Part shown: piece by piece, positions 57,101-64,000 of the stretch
Layout of the letters: each line of letters begins with the position of its first letter
Numbering within the stretch: position 1 is the first letter of the stretch
Source: Callorhinchus milii
Taxonomy: Eukaryota
DNA: 64,000 bases
NCBI RefSeq assembly: GCF_018977255.1
Contig: NW_024704743.1
Location: 63,428,001-63,492,000 of the forward strand
Direction: 5' to 3'
Position numbers and translations under genes: made by a program
Notes under the pieces: model-generated
The model's database searches: none
What the model saw: the letters and a program-made list of their open reading frames with translations, nothing else
What the model was told of the DNA's origin: nothing

Positions 57101-58014
57101 AAAACAATTTGAGGTGTTTGACGAGTAACAAGATCAACAGCAAAACTTTAAAGCTGAGAAATGTTTTGGTTCGGCACTGCAGATTTGTTAACATTTGTTC
57201 ACATTCGGACAAAGAGATAAAACGGTTTTCTTATAAGGCAACCATTAAAAATAAACAAAACGAGTTAGCGTTTCCAGGCAGGCATGTATGTTTGCTCACA
57301 TTTCACTTTAAATAAAATGAATTCACCAATCACAGCGCATGTAATATGCAGGAAATATTAAATGAATCATTCAGATCCCAAATTTCTTTTCAAATGTTCC
57401 AAACGGAGTAAGATTTGAGGAGAAAACAAACATTATTTATTAGACAACTGTTATCAAAGGATTTGAAACTTTGCCTGGGAACATCATTAATTTGACTCTC
57501 ACTGAGCTTGGCACATTGTGCTATGTCTTTATAATAATGTTTTAAGGCTTTTCAATCAAGCTGGATTTTATGTCAATGACTGGAATGGGTACTTTTCTAT
57601 TTCAGTGACGAATCTTGCTTACTGATACTTCCTAAAAATTAACATTCCTTACTTGGTAATTGGTGAGATGCTCCAAAACTAGTAACTTAACTGGAAAATC
57701 CATGTTGCTTTCATAACAAAGCTTCTGACTGAAAAAATGTTTTTTAAAAAAATTCCACTCACCTAGGAAAGAAATTCCACCCAGCTCGAGATGTATTTTA
57801 TGAATGTAGAATCATAGAGTCCAAAATTTGGTACATTGTTGAATTCAGTCTCAACTTTGAAGCCAAGTGTCTGTAGTTCATAAAAGAACTTACAGAAAAC
57901 AGGCCTCAAAATGAAGACGATGTTTAAGTTTGCATCCTCTGAAATGCTAACTGCAGGTAAACAGAATAAAACTCTTTTACTCCCTAATGACTCAGTGAGT
58001 GAATATGCCACATC

Positions 58015-58265
58015 ACGTTATTCCGAGCCATTTAGACCAGGAAGGTTCCAGCTTCAATCCCTGCTCTGTGCTGAGTTAGCTGATAGTAGCTTTAATACTG
58101 CATCATCAGGGAAGTTAAGAAAAGTCATTCAAGTGTTCCTGCTTCTGAACACAAGCCTTGTTGAAAAGTGCACACTTGGATACCATGTCAAGCCAGGGTC
58201 AGGCTAAACTGTAATTCCCCTTGCACTTACAACATCTACATACACGCAGTCTGATGGGCACTCAC
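58015..58265 (+). repeat. Old SINE-like family, distinct from the Deu type; related pieces at about 58810-58945, 48600-48800 and reversed at 26490-26640
   Basis: Shared ctgagttagctgat...caagtgttcctgcttct...ctggaaagtg blocks between copies. Confidence 0.55.
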
Positions 58266-61240
58266 GCAAAAAAATGTCCACTTGGATGAGGCAACAAAGG
58301 ACGGCCAGTGCCCATGAAACTTTGGCATCAATAAGCTTTTTGGGAGGAAGTGTTTGTGGGAGGAATAGATAATAATTGGGGGGCGGGGGCAAAGACAATC
58401 CATTCTCAATATAAGGTAATATAAAGTCACTTTCTCAGTTGCATTGGTACAGAATAATTTGTAATATTGTATATCAAAACTAATGTGAATCTCTGAATCC
58501 TACAAGATTAGTGTATGGTAGCACAGCACAACGGTGTGTTTATTTGATGCAGAGTGGAAGATAATTTTCTCTCAGGATTCCTAGTGGTTGGGGAAGAAAA
58601 CAAATTAGAAAATAAATCAACCCCTCTTGTGCATTCCTGAGCGGCCAATTCAAGCGCAATTTTGGTAGGAGTGTTGAAACTCAGCAGTTCATTGTATGTG
58701 AAGGGAGCCCCTGCCGAGATACCCAACCTAGTATGTCACGATTACCAATTTGCTCTGGCGGGCAAGCTGCCCGAGACCACAGCACTAAACCTGACTTGTA
58801 ATGAAATCCCAACTGAGTTAGCTGATATTAGCCTCGGCAGCAACGGGGACACCACTGTGGCTTTAGCATCACAAGGAAAGGTAAAGAAAAAACAATCAAG
58901 TATTCCTGCTTCTCATCACTATCCTTGCTGGAAAGTGTACAAGGACCCTCAGTGTGATCTGGATACTCTTAAGCATGGTGATGGGTTTCTGCATGCATTA
59001 AGGATCTGGTTAACCAAAAAAAAACTTGCATTCAACTCGTTGTAATAGGCTTTGAGCCTTTCAGCAGATAATAGTACTCGCCAGAGGCTACTGCTTAAAT
59101 GGACCTAAGAGTCTGTAGGAGCAGAAGAGACAATGACATTGCATCTCATTGCATTTCCTAGGGACGTCTTCCAGGCGTGAAATGCGCTATACAAATACAA
59201 TTTTGCATTGTACTGTATTGCATCTGGGCAGTCCCAAACTCATGCAGCTAATCCCCTTTGGCACTGCAAACCTTTCCAATTAAAAGTGATAAATTATACT
59301 TGCGAACTCTATTGATAATGTTGGTTACATTTCAATCTTAATATATCCAACAACATTTTTGTCTTATTTTTCCATGATATCCTATGATAATAGTGAAGTT
59401 ATCTGCCTGAAACATGGTAACATGAGTAAAGTATGTTACAGGAGTATTATTGAAATAAACAAATGTTAACTGATCTTTCATATCAGAGTGAACAGTGATA
59501 AATCCATCACTGCAGCATGCAGGAAACATCCTAACATCTCCTAAAATTATTTTAAAGAATTTCTTTAGCAATAAAGTCTGATAAACATTTAAAAATGTCA
59601 ATACAGCATGTAATTGACTTTATGTACAGTATTTTGTAACAGGATTTGGTAACTTATTTCATACTGTGGTAATACAACCCAGCTTTGACATTCCCATGTT
59701 TGCCTGAAAAATAAGTCTGCAAACTGTATTATTTACTGATGAAGGTTTTCAATATATTAGAATAATTGGATTGCAGCACAACCTGTGAAATTCACCTGAC
59801 TTCATATCATACATAAAATATGCAACTTTTTTGAAAGCCAGTCCAGTTTCCATAAGCAAACCACAGTTTAAAAGTATATTTACAATAAAAAATGTTCGTA
59901 GACATCTCATCTTCTTCCATTATTTTTGGTGTTGGCATCACTAACTGGTGTCTGCGTACCTCGGATGGCGGCTGAGTGTCCCAATATTTCCTGAAAGGTA
60001 TCGTGTATCATTACTGAAAATGGTGAATGAAACTACTGAGGAGGTCTGCTGTTCCTATCAGGCAAGTCACTTAATCCAAGTACTTCACACATTTTAGAAA
60101 TATGCTATTCCAGCATTACAAATCGATCTACCATACCAAGGAACATGAAGTCTCTTTACAAACAAAACCAGACAGCATACATTTGGCTGTGGGAAACATT
60201 GCGTCAACAAACTGTGAGGCAGTCACTTGAGTCACACTGTAAAACTAAACATTTCTGTGTCAATAACTATTTGCTTGGCTTCCCAAAAATTCAATTCTTC
60301 ATGCAATTTTTTTTCAGTAATGGCATAGCATTTTGCGGAAGGGTATTAAAAGCAAAAATTAAAAGCAAACGGATGCATGTGAGCAGTCCAAATATTTCAT
60401 TTCATGGCAAAATATTTCAGTTTTACAGTAAAATATTAATTTTAATCTCCTGAGAGTCGTTTGTACCACATTGATAAGGGAACAGAATTTAACACTCAAT
60501 TTTCATTTAGAACTAATTCCGATAGATTTTTGTTTACATTTATTGTAAAGAATATCCAAATGCATCTCACCCATCTGTTTGCCAATGTTTTGAATTCAAT
60601 TTAAAATATACCTTCTCATAGAAATATATGAAGGGAAATTGTATAACACAGAAATGCAAGTACGAGTTTGGATTTAGCAATTCCACATCTGGTTCCATTA
60701 AGGCTGCTGCAGGTTTTAAAAACATTTCTTAAATACTAATAGATCTACAGTGAGTTCACTCTCTCGGTTTCATGTAAAAACTAGACCAGCAAAATGTAAT
60801 GGCTCAGAAATAGCTTGGTTGTACAAAATGACTGTCATTTTCCATTGTCTTATTAAAATATTCTCCAAAATTTAGTGCAAATATATATAGGTTTGTTTTC
60901 TTACACAAGTGAGCCGAGATGTGTACCTTGTACAGCATTGGTTGTGATTGGCCTTTCAATGAGAGCAAACCTTCACTGTTTCATGTGTGACACCCTTTAT
61001 ACAGTGAGCACTGGCTCCCTGTAAGAGATTGCCTTCCTGATGAAACCAGGAACATCATGTAAACATCCAGTTCAGCATAATAAAAGATAAACACATTTGA
61101 TGAATTGCAATGAAGAATGAGTAACAAACTGCACGCTTTGAAGCTGTTTCGTCTGACATTCGGGAAAAGGAATGTAAGCAGACTAAAGGCACACAGAGAC
61201 CCTGGTCCACAGTCCTTGCCAGCTGGTCCAATCTGCCCTT

Positions 61241-61310
61241 TCAGAGTTCAGTCATCAAAAGACGTTTCATCATCTTTTCTCTCTCCAGCTCGCGCCTTAA
61301 ATTATCGACA
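61241..61310 (-). CDS. EPB41L4B: Band 4.1-like protein 4B (EHM2), last coding exon
   Basis: TTACTTGCAG acceptor then VDNLRRELEREKMMKRLLMTEL*, matching the recalled EPB41L4B C-terminus and expected synteny next to FRRS1L. Upstream exons are outside the window. Confidence 0.88.
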
Positions 61311-61859
61311 CTGCAAGTAACAGATATTCTATGGTTACAAAAAATACTTTCACCAAAATATTAAACACATAAGTGATAATGCAGTTAGCAAATGCAGCTG
61401 TTGATTTATTAATTCATTGATGGTTTATTTCTTTATCCACCATCACTTAGTTCCAATACAGCACTTAACCTTGTGTTTGATTAGGAACTTTGGTGAGTTT
61501 CTATCAACTAGTTAAGGGTTAAATAGTCTTAAAAAGAAGCACATTTTTACCAGAACCAGCACATTAAATGATAAGTCATGAAACGTAGCAAGATAACCTA
61601 TGTCAGCAATGTGAGGGTTAACAAGCCATCAAAGCACATCATACCCAGATCAGCAAGGTAAGGGTTAACAATTCTTGAAATATAGCAGGAGACTCTGACT
61701 AGCAGTGTAACTTTTAACAAGTACTTAAACATTAACTGCATCAGTGTGAAATTACGTTTTGCAATAATTCATAAATGCAGTGGTCACCACAAACCCAAGT
61801 CGCTCGCCCTTCTCTGGTATTGCACAGTCTTGATGTTCAGTTCAATGCTCAGCTCGCTT

Positions 61860-62100
61860 GCCTTTCTCAAATTTGGTCCCTGAGCAAGACAGCTTTTTTG
61901 CCTCATCCCACACCTGCTTCCGACCCTTTTTCAAGCTGCTGATACCTCATTCATGCCTTCATCACCTCCAGTCTTAACTTTTGAGTCATCTTTCATTGGC
62001 CTCCCCAGCTCAACCATCCACAACCCCGTCATCACTGCTGCCATTGCCAGACTTCTCTCAGTGGAGCATGTCCTTGCAACCACACTGCTCTCATACACCG
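61860..62100 (+). mobile_element. Old L2 fragment
   Basis: gctgctgatacctcattcatgccttcatcacctccagtcttaact resembles the AETLIHAFITSRLDY coding segment. Confidence 0.65.
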
Positions 62101-62299
62101 CCCCCCCCCCCCCCCCCCCCCACCACCCCCAACACACTTCTCCCTGTGGTTGTGAAATGTAATTTTAGCATCAGAGTCTCAGTTAGAATCTGCCATTCCC
62201 TGACATCAACTCCTATTCACTTAGTCTGTTTCTTATCCTGTCATCAGCATTCAGCATATAATTCATGTGCTGAGTTATACTCACCAATTTATACAACAC

Positions 62300-62900
62300 C
62301 AATTTGTACTTTTATAGCACCTTACACATAGAGAAAATGCCTCAAAGTGGTTTACAGTGGGAGCCCAAGCTGTGAGGGAGGTTAAGGGCTGATGGAGAAG
62401 TTACACTCAAAGCAATTTGTGTAGAGAGGGAAGGGAGAGGTAGATGGATTTTGGAAGAGGGTTCCAGAGGTCAGAGGCAAAGTGACTGAAAGCTTGCTCA
62501 CCAATTGGGTCACGAAGCAGATCAGAGTTTTTGGAGTGGAGAGTGGCCATGCGAGTAGCATTGCAGGAGATTGCAGGGATAGGGTGTGGCAAGACTGTGG
62601 AGGGATTTGAAGGTAAGACAGGATCTTAAAATTGATCGGGCAGGATACAGTTAGCCAGACGAGGATATGGTTGATGGGCTTGGTGAAGCCTAGTGTGGGA
62701 CAGAATGCAAGTTGCAGGGTCTGGATGATCTGGAGTTTGTGGATGGTGGAGTAGGGGAGACATTAAAGGCACCTCCACACTCGACTTGAAAAAGTCGAGT
62801 GTGGGGGTGATGCAGGCAGGGATGAGGGTTTCAGTTGAGTTGGGGGCAGGTTACTGATATAGGTGGGCAATATTGCGGAAATGGAAGAAAGTGGACTGTG
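62300..62900 (-). mobile_element. Old L2 3' fragment
   Basis: ORF 62407-62592 (QAFSHFASDLWNPLP) plus an L2-type tail. Confidence 0.7.
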
Positions 62901-63024
62901 TCAATGTCCGGAAGAAAGTCTTAAAGACAACAAAAGCTGAGGTTCTGAGCAGGCTCTGTGAATTGGAGTAAACAAACAGCGAATTGGAAAAGGTCAGTGC
63001 CTGAGATGAGGAGGAGGTATCAAA

Positions 63025-63400
63025 TAGTGTCAGTCTAAGCTGACACTCCAGTGTAGTGTTGGGTGGGTGGGGGGGTTGCATTTTCGGAGATGCCACCCCC
63101 CACCAGCACTACACTGAAGTGTCAGCTTAGATTGACAATCTTTCGGATGAGATATTAAACTGAGGTCTCAGCTGCCCGTTCAGATAGACATTAAAGATCC
63201 CATGGCACTAGCGAACAATCCCCCAAGTAAAATTGGTCACTCTTCATTGCTGTTTGTCGGACAATGCTGTGCCCAAACTGGCTGTCGCATTTTTTCTACA
63301 AAGTACAGTCAAACCACTTTACAGTAAATCCTATGAAGTGCTTTGAGACTTTTAACAATGTGATAAGGAGATATATCAAATACAAGAATAATTATTATTT
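63025..63400 (+). mobile_element. Deu-type SINE with an internal inverted duplication
   Basis: Deu core from about 63140 and tail to 63400; fold-back at 63028-63137. Confidence 0.8.
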
Positions 63401-63419
63401 TCCTTCAGCTAATTTCAAA

Positions 63420-63620
63420 TCCGTTCCCATGCCTTACTCTGGATAACCAGTGACATCAGTTTGTGAAGGAGTCGCTCATTTGTTATTTTGTCAAATGACC
63501 TTTGGAAGTCTAAGTGCAGTACACTATTCAATTTCAACACATCAAAAAGTCTATGAGGCTGATCAGATAAGATCTACCTCTTATGAACTTGAGCTGCCTT
63601 TTTTATATAAAAGTAATCTT
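63420..63620 (-). mobile_element. CR1 reverse transcriptase fragment
   Basis: Minus strand LDFQRSFDKITNERLLHKL resembles CR1 YLDFQKAFDKVPHxRLLxKL. Confidence 0.65.
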
Positions 63621-64000
63621 CCATTTTCTTTCTAATTGAGATGTTATATAAGTTAAGGCATTGTAAAAATGCAAGCTCTTTTAGTTATTAAATTCTGTGC
63701 TGATACATAGTGTGTATTTCTGTGCTAAATTTAAGCTTTTCAAAGAGTCAAGAGGAAACCTTATTGAGGGTAGAAATGGTATATAGGGAACTCGGGATAT
63801 CAATTCAAATTAAACAAGAAGCTAAAAACCCACATTTAAAAAATAAAATTTATTATATATTGGGTAAGGTGGGGTATTTGAGGGTAAGCAGCTGGAAGGT
63901 AACAGAAAATTCTCATCCTTGATTGTTCCCTGAGCCAGGGAGGAAAAAACAACTTTAATTCTCTTTCTGATTGCTTTCCACTGACTCCTGTTGGAAAATA

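Noticed and set aside
56905..57315. 136-aa + strand ORF
   Set aside because: Non-ATG start, no recognisable domain or splice support; lies in probable UTR or intergenic sequence.
63437..63530. Penultimate EPB41L4B exon (GTAAGG donor-like site near 63436)
   Set aside because: The sequence translates as a CR1 reverse transcriptase remnant.

Overview
Eukaryotic (vertebrate) genomic DNA. The repeat content (Deu-domain tRNA SINEs, L2 and CR1 LINEs with shark-type tails) points to a cartilaginous fish, possibly a chimaera; the taxon is an inference. Three intron-containing genes lie on the minus strand in the order TMEM245 - FRRS1L - EPB41L4B, which is the order I recall for human 9q31. TMEM245 coding exons 1-12 (30246 to 7923) give 598 in-frame codons with consistent GT-AG phases, including a 24-nt microexon; the gene continues beyond the left edge. 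FRRS1L is complete (5 exons, 49845 to 38251, 300 aa). Only the last coding exon of EPB41L4B is present (61310 to 61241). The rest is intron, UTR or intergenic sequence rich in decayed retroelements, including a 1.8-kb 5'-truncated L2 with a broken reverse transcriptase. I found no convincing new protein-coding system. The most unexplained signals are: (1) an abundant ~550-bp non-coding repeat family I cannot classify, with strand-specific stem-loops and an A tail, including an inverted pair in FRRS1L intron 4; (2) fold-back hairpins in the last EPB41L4B intron; (3) exon-like blocks downstream of the EPB41L4B and FRRS1L stops; (4) extreme simple-repeat architecture around FRRS1L exon 1. Exon boundaries were read base by base; repeat boundaries are approximate; gene and repeat names come from recalled similarity, not a database search.
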